The position numbers and the translations under genes are program-made. From positions 1 to 53,180 of the IMG/VR virus record IMGVR_UViG_3300024255_000034: DNA of 53,180 nucleotides; one strand, 5' to 3'. Below are positions 30,501 to 39,125 of the stretch, one piece after another (the first letter of the stretch is position 1; the number at the start of each line of letters is the position of its first letter). The notes under the pieces were generated by a model. It worked only from the letters and a program-made list of their open reading frames with translations. It was not told where the DNA came from and did not search any database. The DNA comes from a virus (taxonomy: Duplodnaviria; Caudoviricetes).

Positions 30501-31247
30501 GATACACTGCATACATTGATTCCAAGTTTAAATTATAACATGACTAGAATTAGTGCAAGTGTATTAACAACACCTATGAATTCACCTGAAGGATATAGTA
30601 ATGGAACTGCATACACTAAAAACACAACAAGTAAGTTTATCACATTAAATGATAATGTGTTCTTTGATTCACCAAGTGTGGTTGCATCTCCATTAAACGA
30701 AACTAATGAGATGTCTTCAGAGAAATCATTTACATGTACACTTCAATTACAATCTGTAAACGGAAATGTTTCACCAGTAATTGATGTTGGAACAATAGGT
30801 GCAATAGGTATTTCAAATAGAATTAATAACATTGATAGTTCTTCAGATGTACAAACAGGAACAGTCTATACTCCTTCAACAGAACCTGATGGAGATAATA
30901 ATGCAATGGTATATTGCACAAGAAAGGTTAATTTAAAAACACCTGCAACAACACTTAAAGTTATTTCAGATGTGTTTAGACCACCAACAACAGACATTGA
31001 AGTGTTGTATAAAGTTCTTAAGAATGATGAATCAACACCATTTGATGATTTAAACTGGGAGTATTTCAATACAACAGGAACGCCTGATACAACTGTAGAG
31101 GCAGACGCAAGAAACTTTAAAGAATACGAGTGGACTGTTGATGACCTACCCGAGTTTAGTGCATTCGCAGTTAAGATTGTTGGTAAAGGAACAAATAGTT
31201 CAGTAGTGCCTATGGTATCTGCATTAAGATGTTTAGGTCTTGCATAA
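24594..31247 (+). CDS. Large virion structural protein (VrlC/DUF4815-like)
   Basis: NIAPYYDDF, LQSRELTQ, GKAYVKGYE, RFKSGFLVDNF and DPLAQSF motifs; 2217 aa. Confidence 0.8.
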   Translation: MPEKTDLNIAPYYDDFSEDKKFNKVLFRAGRPLQSRELTQTQSILQNQIERFGSHMFEEGSLVTGAESDVDLEIFYVKVNSANPNSNGSANVEDYRTTFHNKFLRGKSSGVVGKVFTSSEETTDDAITLFVKFHSQGTDANNSVVFYSGEELQECTLGEDGTVTVNSANNNEFTIKPKTDSPVGRSSIASISEGIIFARGFFCKVDAQTLILEKYSGKPTYRVGLTIAESLLSSADDTSLLDNSSGTTNENAAGADRLKIDFTLSKYTLDTANDVDFIELVRVNKGIIELKITRPIYNEIENSMARRTFDANGDFVVRQFTHSLREHLDDTTNRGYYTSTNGGDVNKFVMQVSPGKAYVKGYEIDKIGTTPIPFSKARSTVTLNNTNTPVRLGNKLRITNVHSLPEFGNESGDASISPFKEVTLWDTTISSSGTEPTTGKIGFARLRNIDLQEGVDSSNVYTDAAVWNLYLFDIKMLTKLSGSLSGTFTEGDQVVGGTSGATGIVSYTTTGQLYVHDVVGTFVVNDAITTNGTTSGTTTVTAVRNYNIDRARGISQDPIDAGSTIFTANVKVDASKVLLGTLTFGTNTAVTGFATSFTTELKEGDFIVNPASGQSLVVASVTDDTNLVLSSASSSAYTGNVTRNRATLYNQDQTASVFSWPRDWVKTHSCDSIQVRRQQVVDVSGGSFTISTGSNATFGALNTDNFTIAVVNASSDGSAYALGDLLNIEDLTGTAASDGGSGQTLTKSIANNNGAKLKITFTVNRTNPASRNKTLRQSRLLGVESARSAGGFFGTAYDDKEITLGVADVHKIHAIYEGVGGATPLPPSSYFSVDSGTFQVYETIVGQTSDARAILITYSGSLATSYYRMVSGTFTEGESVVGQTSLAVATITSVSQGSPDIKSRFFFDNGQRDGFYDLAKITRKVGEPVPSGKILVVFDYFTSDSGDFFDVESYDSIPYQDIPVYSPSRVDLGGLEPDGTFELSDAVDFRPVVGQIIGTSTFGTTNTQDPTNPVNLSNSTEGAVYAPFGYDTGRDFGSSRSGITSTGASANDTPVTGSSVVGDISFYVGRIDKVFLHKSGSFQTSSGIPALSPTKPKAVDDAIELFEVQIPAYTKNLKNIRVRTQDHRRFTMKDIGKINNRVTNLERITALSLLERDTQTKQILDADGFDRFKSGFLVDNFRGHRVGDVNHPDYQNSVDTKLGAMRPKSYSQFFDIEFNSVLSSNFQKTGDLITLPYTPETYTNQDKASRTINVNPYHVFNFFGTVKLSPETDIWNDTEQLPEVRMNREGNFDAVLAENTNSLGTVWNSWQTTWVGEPNVVSTEVQATSNGSWSGDPAQGGEWVAGLSVTREVTETVETQTRTGVTTSVVEDFVETRNDRVVSITIVPFMRSRTIEIDATNLKPNTNHYFFFDGIRVDTFTKPFSTTYSQDGGITTTSECKSDGNGRLRAYFELPNSNAQRFPTGQRELRLTSSYYDLSNPGSQASGVYQAQGLLQSNQTEITSTRNGRVILERNNGTRQITRAGERINAQVFDTVSPPVPPVPELPIIPEIIQDPVPIPTPPPFIAAPLPALVEPEPFIAPPVFIPTTRQILDIPDRLEDRRFFDFPLERGWGDPLAQSFLVDKSGGMFVTSLDLYFEKKDTTLPVSVEIRNMVNGYPGQTVIPFSTVTKNPGDVNTSTDGSAVTTFTFESPVYLEEDFEYAFVVYSNSNEYTAFISRMGEKDLATSQTISGQPYAGSLFVSQNASTWTATQEDDLKFHMKIANFDVSKIPVLKFENKALPVSTLQTNPVETFSGQQYVKVYNYTHGMYTTNSNVTIAGVTGDKENGVLNIATPSVSGTPSDGTFNVSLTGGTGTGATAEFTVASNVITTSYITDPGTGYATTDTLSATNFDGGTADLTVDIDIVGDTLGGVPVAAINQTFTAVANMEIDSFTVIPDISSYDVKTTYASNDSTVGGGENATSTRNYYYDTLHTLIPSLNYNMTRISASVLTTPMNSPEGYSNGTAYTKNTTSKFITLNDNVFFDSPSVVASPLNETNEMSSEKSFTCTLQLQSVNGNVSPVIDVGTIGAIGISNRINNIDSSSDVQTGTVYTPSTEPDGDNNAMVYCTRKVNLKTPATTLKVISDVFRPPTTDIEVLYKVLKNDESTPFDDLNWEYFNTTGTPDTTVEADARNFKEYEWTVDDLPEFSAFAVKIVGKGTNSSVVPMVSALRCLGLA

Positions 31248-31459
31248 TGTCTGAGTATATTAAAGTGGAAGGACATACATCTTTGTTAAGAGATTCCGAA
31301 TCTTCTGCAATTGTAAGTACAGACATGAGTGCATGGAGATTACAAAAACTTAGAAAAGATAACTATAAAAAACAGGTAGAAGAAATAAATAATATTAAGA
31401 GTGACATAAACGATATGAAAAACATTCTTACTCAAATAGTGGAAAAGATAAATGGCTAA
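31247..31459 (+). CDS. Conserved small protein after the VrlC-like gene (start revised to 31247)
   Basis: IKVEGHTSLLRD...AIV followed by a coiled coil; TAATG overlap. Confidence 0.75.
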   Translation: MSEYIKVEGHTSLLRDSESSAIVSTDMSAWRLQKLRKDNYKKQVEEINNIKSDINDMKNILTQIVEKING

Positions 31460-33245
31460 ACAAGTAGACCAATTCAGTACTTTAGAAGACTTCAGAAAAA
31501 CCTTTAATGAGGTTTCTACAGATGTTGGCGATATAGGTGGACTTAGAACTACAAGTCAAGGTACTATTGTAGACGCAGTAAACAGTATTGAAGACAAGTC
31601 CTTCTTTTTCCAAGAATTTATTTTTATTGCAACTTCAGGACAAACTACATTTTCAGGAACAGATAGTTTTGGTAATACACTAGAGTTTAAAAAAGATAGA
31701 TTACAAGTTTATGTAGAAAGAGACCATCAAATAAAAGATGATGATTATACAATCGGTGGATTTGGTGTATTAAGTGGAAACACTTATAGTCAGATTACAC
31801 TTGCTAGTGGTGCAACTGTTGGTGATAAGATTACTGTATATTCATACACTGGTTCATACTTAGGAGTCGCAGACTCAGGTGTTGCAACAGGGTTCTTTAA
31901 CCAAACTGCAGAAAATGTAATTTACAATAACAATGATAATGGACTTATATTTAATGAGACTTCTATTAATGCAACAACCACACTTTCAACAAGTGCAAAA
32001 ATAGAGTTTGACGGAAATGTATATCACCAAGATAATGTAACACTTGCAAGTGGAAAAACATTATCTGCACCAACACTTACAGACGGAACTATGTCTATTA
32101 ATAGTGGTGCAATAACTAGTGCAACAACTGGTTCATTTAGTAGTAATGTTGGAGTTGGTTCACTTACTTCTGCAGGAGATGTCGCAGGAACAACTGGTAC
32201 ATTCTCTTCAAGTATATCTGCAACTTCAGCTGTACTTTCTTCAGATTTAACCGTTACTGGGAATACTACACTAAACGGTAATGTTGACTTGGGTAATGCT
32301 AGTGGTGATACGATTAGCTTGACAGGTTCAGTAGATTCTGATATAATATCAGATACGAATAATACTCGTGCCTTAGGGTCTAGTAGTAAAAGGTGGTCAA
32401 CTCTATACTCAACAGATTTGAATGCAACAGGCACCTCCACATTGACTACAGTGGACATTAATGGTGGTAATATAGACGGTACAGTAATCGGTAGTTCAAC
32501 TGCAGCTGCAATTACTGGTACAGTAATTACTGCAAGTACAAATTTTGCTGGAGACTTAACTGGTGATGTCACTGGTACAGTTTCAGATATATCAAATCAT
32601 AATACAGGAGACTTGACAGAAGGGTCTAATTTGTATTATACTGATACAAGAGCAAACTCTGCTTTTGATACAAGACTTGCAACTAAAGATACAGCAAACT
32701 TGACAGAAGGCAGTAATCTATACTATACTGATGCAAGAGTATCAACAAGAACAGACACTATATTAAATCACTCTAATCATACTAACATTACCGTAAGTAA
32801 AGTTGGTGATGAGTTAAGATTATCTGCAACAGAAGACAATCTTGCAAATAATACTGCAGATGATTTAAGTGATATCAATTATACTTCAAACCCAACTGCA
32901 GGACAAATACTTGCATGGGATGCTAGTGCTGGATATTGGGAACCTGTAGACCCAAGTAATACTACAGATAATGTTTCTGAAGGTTCAAACAATAAGTATT
33001 TCTCAGACGATAGAATGAATGCAATTATAGATGTTGCAACTTCTAAAGGTCTTGTAAAAACATACGTGGACAATGCGAATGGTGGTGCTGATGACCCTTT
33101 AGATGGGACAATCACAATCGACCTAAATACCTCGAACGGATTAACCGTTAGTAGTAATTCTGTTCAGTTAGATTACGAGACTACAAGTACTGCACCTACT
33201 CAAGTAGGTAGTACTTCGACTGGACACTTATGGTTTGTGATATGA
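31452..33245 (+). CDS. Tail fibre-like protein 1
   Basis: Ser/Thr/Gly-rich; LTEGSNLYYTD repeats; ends TAPTQ...GHLWFVI. Confidence 0.7.
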   Translation: MAKQVDQFSTLEDFRKTFNEVSTDVGDIGGLRTTSQGTIVDAVNSIEDKSFFFQEFIFIATSGQTTFSGTDSFGNTLEFKKDRLQVYVERDHQIKDDDYTIGGFGVLSGNTYSQITLASGATVGDKITVYSYTGSYLGVADSGVATGFFNQTAENVIYNNNDNGLIFNETSINATTTLSTSAKIEFDGNVYHQDNVTLASGKTLSAPTLTDGTMSINSGAITSATTGSFSSNVGVGSLTSAGDVAGTTGTFSSSISATSAVLSSDLTVTGNTTLNGNVDLGNASGDTISLTGSVDSDIISDTNNTRALGSSSKRWSTLYSTDLNATGTSTLTTVDINGGNIDGTVIGSSTAAAITGTVITASTNFAGDLTGDVTGTVSDISNHNTGDLTEGSNLYYTDTRANSAFDTRLATKDTANLTEGSNLYYTDARVSTRTDTILNHSNHTNITVSKVGDELRLSATEDNLANNTADDLSDINYTSNPTAGQILAWDASAGYWEPVDPSNTTDNVSEGSNNKYFSDDRMNAIIDVATSKGLVKTYVDNANGGADDPLDGTITIDLNTSNGLTVSSNSVQLDYETTSTAPTQVGSTSTGHLWFVI

Positions 33246-33246
33246 T

Positions 33247-34485
33247 ATGTCTGATGAAATTTATGTAAATATAGGAACTTCGTTCCAACAACCCTACCAA
33301 GGACAAGGACTTGCACAAGGTCGTACACCTGTTATAGCACAATATATTGCAAGAAAACCTGCAAATGCACAAACCCCTTTTACATATCAAAATAGACAAC
33401 CTGCAAGTGCAAGACAGCCTTCATCTGCTCAAACACCTTATATTGCAAATAGACAAACCCCTTCCATAGTTCAGGCAACTGCAAATTATCCATATATTGC
33501 ATCTGCACAACAGTCATATCCTTATATTGCAAATGCACAAACTACTACTCAAAATACAGGAAGAACACCTGTAATATATCAAGCAACAGGAAGAACACCA
33601 TTCACATATGCAAGACAAGGACAAACACCATATAGTGCAACTGGAAGATTACCTTCTACATATGAAACACAAGGTCAAACACCTTACAGTTTTCAACAGA
33701 GTTATCAACAAACATATGAAACACAAGGAACACAACCTTATACATTTAATGATACTGGACGACAACCTACGATATATCAAGCACAAGGAACACAACCATA
33801 TAGTTATCAACAGAATTATCAGACCCCAAGTATATACACTGCACAAGTAAGTACCAATAGTCAAGCAACATATCAACACCCGACTACATATCAACATCAG
33901 GCGCAGATAACTTATAGACACCCTACTAGTTCTCAGAGTGTATTTCAGACTCCAGTAATAGCACAACAACCTTATCAACATCCTTATACAGCTCAAACTC
34001 CTGCAAGTAAAGTTGGAAGACAACCTACAACATACACTTATCCCGACCCTGCAATTTGGGGCCCGTATCCAGTAACAGGTGGTTTATTATCTAGTTATGC
34101 TTACTATTATGAAGGATTTAGGTCTACAAACCCAGTTGCGCCAACACAATATGGTGATGGTTTTGGTTCAAGTCCTTGGCCTAATCTGCCAAGTGTTTAC
34201 ACACAAAAACAATATTGGTTGAATAGACCTACTAATTCTACTTTATCAGGAACACTAAATGTTGGAAACTTTTCACCAACAATAACACTTGGTAGTCAAT
34301 TTAATTATCTTCAAATTATTAAAAATGGAACCACTACAAATATACCTTATGCAACCTTTACACCAAATGGTGGGCCTATGGCACCACCATCTTATATGTG
34401 GAGTGGAAGTATGCCTATTATCACACAACAATTTCCAACTCATATAATTTTTAACGGTAATAGCGTCACATTAGCATTATTTTAA
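33247..34485 (+). CDS. Repeat fibre protein A (Pro/Tyr/Gln repeats plus 153 aa head domain)
   Basis: 15 aa N-terminus, 244 aa of repeats, C-terminal domain shared with 42180. Confidence 0.8.
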   Translation: MSDEIYVNIGTSFQQPYQGQGLAQGRTPVIAQYIARKPANAQTPFTYQNRQPASARQPSSAQTPYIANRQTPSIVQATANYPYIASAQQSYPYIANAQTTTQNTGRTPVIYQATGRTPFTYARQGQTPYSATGRLPSTYETQGQTPYSFQQSYQQTYETQGTQPYTFNDTGRQPTIYQAQGTQPYSYQQNYQTPSIYTAQVSTNSQATYQHPTTYQHQAQITYRHPTSSQSVFQTPVIAQQPYQHPYTAQTPASKVGRQPTTYTYPDPAIWGPYPVTGGLLSSYAYYYEGFRSTNPVAPTQYGDGFGSSPWPNLPSVYTQKQYWLNRPTNSTLSGTLNVGNFSPTITLGSQFNYLQIIKNGTTTNIPYATFTPNGGPMAPPSYMWSGSMPIITQQFPTHIIFNGNSVTLALF

Positions 34486-34490
34486 TGGAG
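34031..34490 (+). repeat. Direct repeat copy 1 (head domain); copy 2 at 43141-43600
   Basis: Hand alignment: 36 mismatches in 460 nt, no gaps. Confidence 0.95.
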
Positions 34491-34498
34491 GATAAGAA

Positions 34499-35407
34499 AT
34501 GGCAATAGGAAATACTCAACAACCGTATACTTTTCAATATCAGACTCCATATACGTTGCAGGTAACATCTCAACAACCTTATAGTTTTCAACAACCTACA
34601 AGACAACCAGTAAATGTTCAGAATATAAGACAACAGCCATATTCTTTTACTGCAAATAGACAAAACACTGCACAACAACCTGCAATTATTCAAGTATCAT
34701 ATCAAGCGAATAAACAAACAAGTGGAACAAGACCTATTGCAACAGCAACAAGAACTTATCCTTATATTGCAAATAAACAGAATCCATTTCCATTTATTAA
34801 TCAAGGTCAGGTAGCATATCCATTTATAGCAAGAAGACCTGCAACTACACCAGTTGCACAAGCACAAGCAAATTATCCATATATTGCAAATGCACAAACA
34901 CCGTATCCGTATATTGCACAAGCACCGTATCCTTACATTGCAAATGCACAACAACCATATCCATATGAGGCAAATGCACAACAACCATACCCGTACATAT
35001 CTCAAACTCCGAGTACATATGCAAGACAGGGTAGGACACCATTTACATATAACCGTCAGGCATCATACAGTTTTGAAACACCTGCAAGAACTCCAAGTAC
35101 ATATGTGAATCAACAACCTAGTATTTACCAACACCCTGTAATCTATAGAAATCCGTATATTGCTAATGCAAGACAACCTTCAACATATCAACATGCATAT
35201 CAATCATCTTATAGTTTACAACAAAATTATACTTTCCAACAACCATACACAACAACTAGAACAGTCGGCCCGATTGCAAAAGTGAAAGGTGTGTACAGAA
35301 ATAATGCTGGAACTGTAGAGAAGGTTGACGAGATTTATGTCAATGATAGTGGAACTTTGGAGAAAATACACCAATCAGTTCCAACTGCTCAATTCAATAA
35401 GGGTTAA
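34499..35407 (+). CDS. Repeat fibre protein B (mirror partner of A)
   Basis: MAIGNTQQP start, 240 aa of repeats, C-terminal GVYRNNAG and EIYVNDSG motifs. Confidence 0.8.
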   Translation: MAIGNTQQPYTFQYQTPYTLQVTSQQPYSFQQPTRQPVNVQNIRQQPYSFTANRQNTAQQPAIIQVSYQANKQTSGTRPIATATRTYPYIANKQNPFPFINQGQVAYPFIARRPATTPVAQAQANYPYIANAQTPYPYIAQAPYPYIANAQQPYPYEANAQQPYPYISQTPSTYARQGRTPFTYNRQASYSFETPARTPSTYVNQQPSIYQHPVIYRNPYIANARQPSTYQHAYQSSYSLQQNYTFQQPYTTTRTVGPIAKVKGVYRNNAGTVEKVDEIYVNDSGTLEKIHQSVPTAQFNKG

Positions 35408-35412
35408 AAAGG

Positions 35413-35420
35413 TATAAATA
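35413..35420 (+). promoter_or_regulatory. Late promoter
   Basis: TATAAATA 6 nt before the ATG at 35427. Confidence 0.75.
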
Positions 35421-35426
35421 GTATAT

Positions 35427-35759
35427 ATGGCTATACTTGCAAACATATTTATCGACCAAGGTGCTGACTTTTCAATCACTGTAGATGTCACGGACTCTTC
35501 AGGTGATGTATTAAACATGTCAGGATATTCTGCAGCTGCACAAATAAGAAAAACATATTCTTCTGCAACTGCAAGTGGAACATTCACATGTACCGTGCAA
35601 GAGGCGAGTGGTCAAGTGACCATGGCATTAACAGACACGCAAACAACAGCATTAGAAGCTGGTAGATATGTTTATGATATGACAGTCACCAGTGGTGGAG
35701 GAAACAAAACTAGAGTTGTTGAAGGTCAGGCAATTGTGACGCCAGGAGTGACAAGATGA
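35427..35759 (+). CDS. Conserved virion adaptor-like protein (Ig-like beta sandwich)
   Basis: NIFIDQGADF, AQIRK, GRYVYD and RVVEGQAIVTPGVT motifs. Confidence 0.7.
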   Translation: MAILANIFIDQGADFSITVDVTDSSGDVLNMSGYSAAAQIRKTYSSATASGTFTCTVQEASGQVTMALTDTQTTALEAGRYVYDMTVTSGGGNKTRVVEGQAIVTPGVTR

Positions 35760-36001
35760 GCAACATAAAAGGAACATTAAGTAGAGTTGCAACTATCGGT
35801 GGACGAATACAAGGACAAGGCAACCTTCGTGCAAAACAAGTAGCAATCGGTAATGCATCTTCATCTACAGATATATCAACTAAAAATTTAAACGAACTTG
35901 CAGATGTAAATGCAATAGAAACAGATGACGGACTTCTTTCATATGATGCCTCTTCTGATAAATGGACAACTACCACTTCTATAGATGGTGGAACATTTTG
36001 A
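35756..36001 (+). CDS. Small structural protein ending IDGGTF
   Basis: LNELADV...GLLSYD...KW...IDGGTF. Confidence 0.7.
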   Translation: MSNIKGTLSRVATIGGRIQGQGNLRAKQVAIGNASSSTDISTKNLNELADVNAIETDDGLLSYDASSDKWTTTTSIDGGTF

Positions 36002-36004
36002 TTG

Positions 36005-36108
36005 TCTAAATACTAATACAAATCAAGGTTGTCGACATTGAGACAACGACCCACATTGTGAGTGGACAGAAATATATTATGGAATCACGACCCCGAAAGT
36101 GACGGGTC
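36005..36108 (+). promoter_or_regulatory. Late-promoter variant plus structured 5' leader
   Basis: TCTAAATA at 36005-36012; hairpins at 36028-36047, 36051-36065 and 36089-36108. Confidence 0.5.
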
Positions 36109-36142
36109 ATTTAAAATAACACAATTTTTATAGGAAATAAAA

Positions 36143-37771
36143 ATGGCAACAGTAATTCAAATTAAAAGAAGTACAGGTTCAGCTGCTCCTTCAGTCTCAG
36201 ACTTAAGTGAAGGCGAATTAGCGTACGTTCAGGATAGGTCGAATGATGGTGCAAGTGCTAAATTATACATAGAATCAGTAGACTCATTAGGAGCTGCAGC
36301 TATTCACGAAGTCGGTGGTAAATACTACACGGACATCTTGGACGGTGCAAAAGCAACTCCAGCTAACCTTAAGGTTGGTAATGGTTCAACTGCTGGTGCA
36401 AGTGTACAATTATTAGAAGATTCAGACAACGGAACAAACTTCGTTGCATTGAAAGCTGCTGATACATTAAGTGCTTCAACAACATTCGTACTTCCAACTG
36501 CAGACGGTTCTGCAAACCAAGTAATTGGTACAGACGGTAGTGGAAACTTATCATTCTTATCAACAACATCAACACTAGCAGGTGCAACGGATTCAGATAT
36601 CTCATCTCCAACATCAGGACAACTACTTGTTCATGACGGAAGTAATTCTTTTGACAACGTATCAATGAGTGGTGACGTTACTATGGCATCTAGTGGTGCT
36701 GTAACAATCGCAAACGACGCTGTAGAAACAGCAATGATTGCAGACAGTAATGTAACAGTAGGAAAAATCGACTTCTTAGTAGACGAAGACAATATGGCTT
36801 CAGACTCTGCAGTTAAAGTTCCTTCTCAACAATCTGTTAAAGCATATGTAGATTCACAAGTAACAGCACAGGACTTAGACCTTGCTGGTGATTCAGGAAC
36901 TGGTGCAGTCGACTTAGACTCTCAGTCAATCACATTTGCTGGTGGAACTGGTGTGTCAACTTCTGTTTCAGGTCAAACAGCGACTTTCGCTATTGGTCAG
37001 GCAGTTGCAACAACATCTAACGTAACTTTCAACAACGTAGACGTTGATGGAACACTTACATCGGATGATATTACATCTACAAACATCAGTGTTGCAGGTA
37101 ATGCTACAATCACTGGAAACTTAACTGTACAAGGCACAACAACAACTGTAGACTCAACAACAGTTTCAATTGCAGACCCAGTGTTTGAAATTGGTTCAGA
37201 TAGTTCAGATGATAACTTAGATAGAGGTATTAAATTCAAATATAACGATGGAACTGCTAAACTCGGTTTCTTCGGTATGGACGAAAATAATCAAAAATTT
37301 GTTGCTCTTAAAGCTGCAACAGATTCTTCTTCAGTATTCAGTGGTACAGCAATGGACGCTGTATTCGGTGGATTAACAGTATCAAGTGTATCATCAACTG
37401 GTGATTTATCAGGTGCTGACCTTTCATTAAGTGGTGCAATTACAGGTTATGCTGGTTCAGCTCTTACTGCTGGTGAGTTATTCATTGCGAATGGTTCTAC
37501 TGGTGAAATGGAAGCTGCAGTTTTAACTGCTGGAGAAGGTGTAGATATTACTAATGCTGATGGTGCTATCACTATCGCTGGTGAAGACGCATCAACATCT
37601 AATAAAGGTATTGCAAGTTTTGCTTCTGCCATATTTGATGTTACTTCAGGTGCTGTATCTATTAAAGATGCAACAGCTTCAGTAAAAGGTATTGCTTCAT
37701 TTGCTTCTGATAATTTCACACTCACTTCAGGTGCAGTTGCAATTACAGCTATTGATGGTGGAACATTTTAA
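36143..37771 (+). CDS. Tail fibre-like protein
   Basis: MATVIQIKRS...GELAY N-terminus; GNLTVQGTTTTVDST domain; ends IDGGTF. Confidence 0.75.
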   Translation: MATVIQIKRSTGSAAPSVSDLSEGELAYVQDRSNDGASAKLYIESVDSLGAAAIHEVGGKYYTDILDGAKATPANLKVGNGSTAGASVQLLEDSDNGTNFVALKAADTLSASTTFVLPTADGSANQVIGTDGSGNLSFLSTTSTLAGATDSDISSPTSGQLLVHDGSNSFDNVSMSGDVTMASSGAVTIANDAVETAMIADSNVTVGKIDFLVDEDNMASDSAVKVPSQQSVKAYVDSQVTAQDLDLAGDSGTGAVDLDSQSITFAGGTGVSTSVSGQTATFAIGQAVATTSNVTFNNVDVDGTLTSDDITSTNISVAGNATITGNLTVQGTTTTVDSTTVSIADPVFEIGSDSSDDNLDRGIKFKYNDGTAKLGFFGMDENNQKFVALKAATDSSSVFSGTAMDAVFGGLTVSSVSSTGDLSGADLSLSGAITGYAGSALTAGELFIANGSTGEMEAAVLTAGEGVDITNADGAITIAGEDASTSNKGIASFASAIFDVTSGAVSIKDATASVKGIASFASDNFTLTSGAVAITAIDGGTF

Positions 37772-37808
37772 TTAATAGTTCGATTAACCAATTCAATAGG
37801 AGAGTAAA

Positions 37809-38633
37809 ATGGCAACAGTAATCCAATTTAAAAGAAGTTCGACTCAGAACCAAGTTCCTGCGACTAGTGATTTATCACTAGGGGAACTTGCTGTAAATAC
37901 TTACCACGGTAGGTTTTACACTGAAAAGAACGATGGAAGCGCTGCTGTTGTGGAAGTTGGGTCTAACCCAGCCTCTCTAACAATAAACGATGCATTAACA
38001 TTCCCAACCAGTGATGGTACAAATGGACAATTATTGTCCACTAACGGAAGTGGAACCCTAGGTTTCACGGACGCACCTTCTACTGGTGTCACTACATTTA
38101 CTTATAGTGTGACTGGAACCCAAACTCTATTCTCAGGTAATGACGATAACGGAACATCCTTATCGTATACACTTGGTTTAGAACAGGTTTACCTGAACGG
38201 TATTAAACTTGTTGTCGGAGACGACTATGCAAGAACTTCTACTAGTTCACTCACACTACAGGCAAATGCAGTTTCAGGAGATGTTTTGGAGGTAGTCGCT
38301 CAGACTTCGATTTCAAACTTAGTTCAAGGTTTCTTCACAACAAGTGAATTGACTGCAACTACGGCTGACCAAGTCTTGAGTTCAAACGCATCTGGCAATA
38401 AAGCAATTAAGTATGTCGTAATGGCATATCATGCTAGTGCTGGAACTCATGCGACTGAAGTATTATTAATTAACGATGGTTCAAATGCGTACTTTGTACA
38501 ATATGGTGATGCTTTCTCAGCATCTTCATTGTTCTCACTTTCGAGTGATATAAACAGTGGAAATATGAGATTGTTAGTAACACCTACTAATACAAATACT
38601 ACATTTAAAACCTTCCAAATTAGACTTTCATAA
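37809..38633 (+). CDS. Fibre-associated structural protein
   Basis: MATVIQFKRS...GELAVN; VYLNGIKL domain; C-terminal domain shared with 38644 and 39126. Confidence 0.7.
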   Translation: MATVIQFKRSSTQNQVPATSDLSLGELAVNTYHGRFYTEKNDGSAAVVEVGSNPASLTINDALTFPTSDGTNGQLLSTNGSGTLGFTDAPSTGVTTFTYSVTGTQTLFSGNDDNGTSLSYTLGLEQVYLNGIKLVVGDDYARTSTSSLTLQANAVSGDVLEVVAQTSISNLVQGFFTTSELTATTADQVLSSNASGNKAIKYVVMAYHASAGTHATEVLLINDGSNAYFVQYGDAFSASSLFSLSSDINSGNMRLLVTPTNTNTTFKTFQIRLS

Positions 38634-38643
38634 GGAGTAAAAC

Positions 38644-39054
38644 ATGGCGAAAACTAACGCATTTAAAATCGCTGAGTTGATTCGTGGTATACAGTTTGAT
38701 GTAGACAACGATGAGATTACGACTAATAAGAAAGTCAAATCGAAGGATAGGACATCAGGAAACGCAACAAAAACTGCAACTACAGAATTTGCACTCGATA
38801 CATTTGCTCACGCAACGTATAGAGCTGCAAGATATGTTGTTGCAATGTCAGAGGGAACTGATTTTCACTCTACAGAAGTTGTTGTTGTTCATGACGGTTC
38901 TGCAGTCACGTTAACTCAATACGGTACTATGAAATCTAAAAGTCTTGCAACATTTGATGCAGACATTTCAGGCGCAAACTTGAGACTACTATGCACACCT
39001 GCATCAGTTAGTTCAACAGTTGTAAAGTTTGATAGATTGACAGTAGACGCTTAA
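38644..39054 (+). CDS. Fibre-associated structural protein
   Basis: DTF...YRAARYVV...HSTEVVVVHDG...QYG domain. Confidence 0.7.
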   Translation: MAKTNAFKIAELIRGIQFDVDNDEITTNKKVKSKDRTSGNATKTATTEFALDTFAHATYRAARYVVAMSEGTDFHSTEVVVVHDGSAVTLTQYGTMKSKSLATFDADISGANLRLLCTPASVSSTVVKFDRLTVDA

Positions 39055-39082
39055 GCGAAATAAAATAAAATAAAATTATTTT

Positions 39083-39111
39083 AGAGGGGGACTTAGTCCC
39101 CCTCTTTTTTT
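39083..39111 (+). terminator. Rho-independent terminator
   Basis: AGAGGGGGAC-TTA-GTCCCCCTCT 10 bp stem followed by a T run. Confidence 0.9.
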
Positions 39112-39112
39112 G

Positions 39113-39120
39113 TATAAATA
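39113..39120 (+). promoter_or_regulatory. Late promoter, 5 nt before the ATG at 39126
   Basis: TATAAATA-GTATT-ATG immediately after the terminator. Confidence 0.8.
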
Positions 39121-39125
39121 GTATT

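Noticed and set aside
16063-32572. Long antisense ORFs (16063-16683, 25031-25585, 29060-29626, 32024-32572)
   Set aside because: They lie opposite well-supported structural genes and are explained by codon bias
34483-34501. A and B made as one polypeptide by readthrough
   Set aside because: The 13 nt gap puts B out of frame, B has its own GGAGG SD, and in the second cassette a whole gene separates the partners
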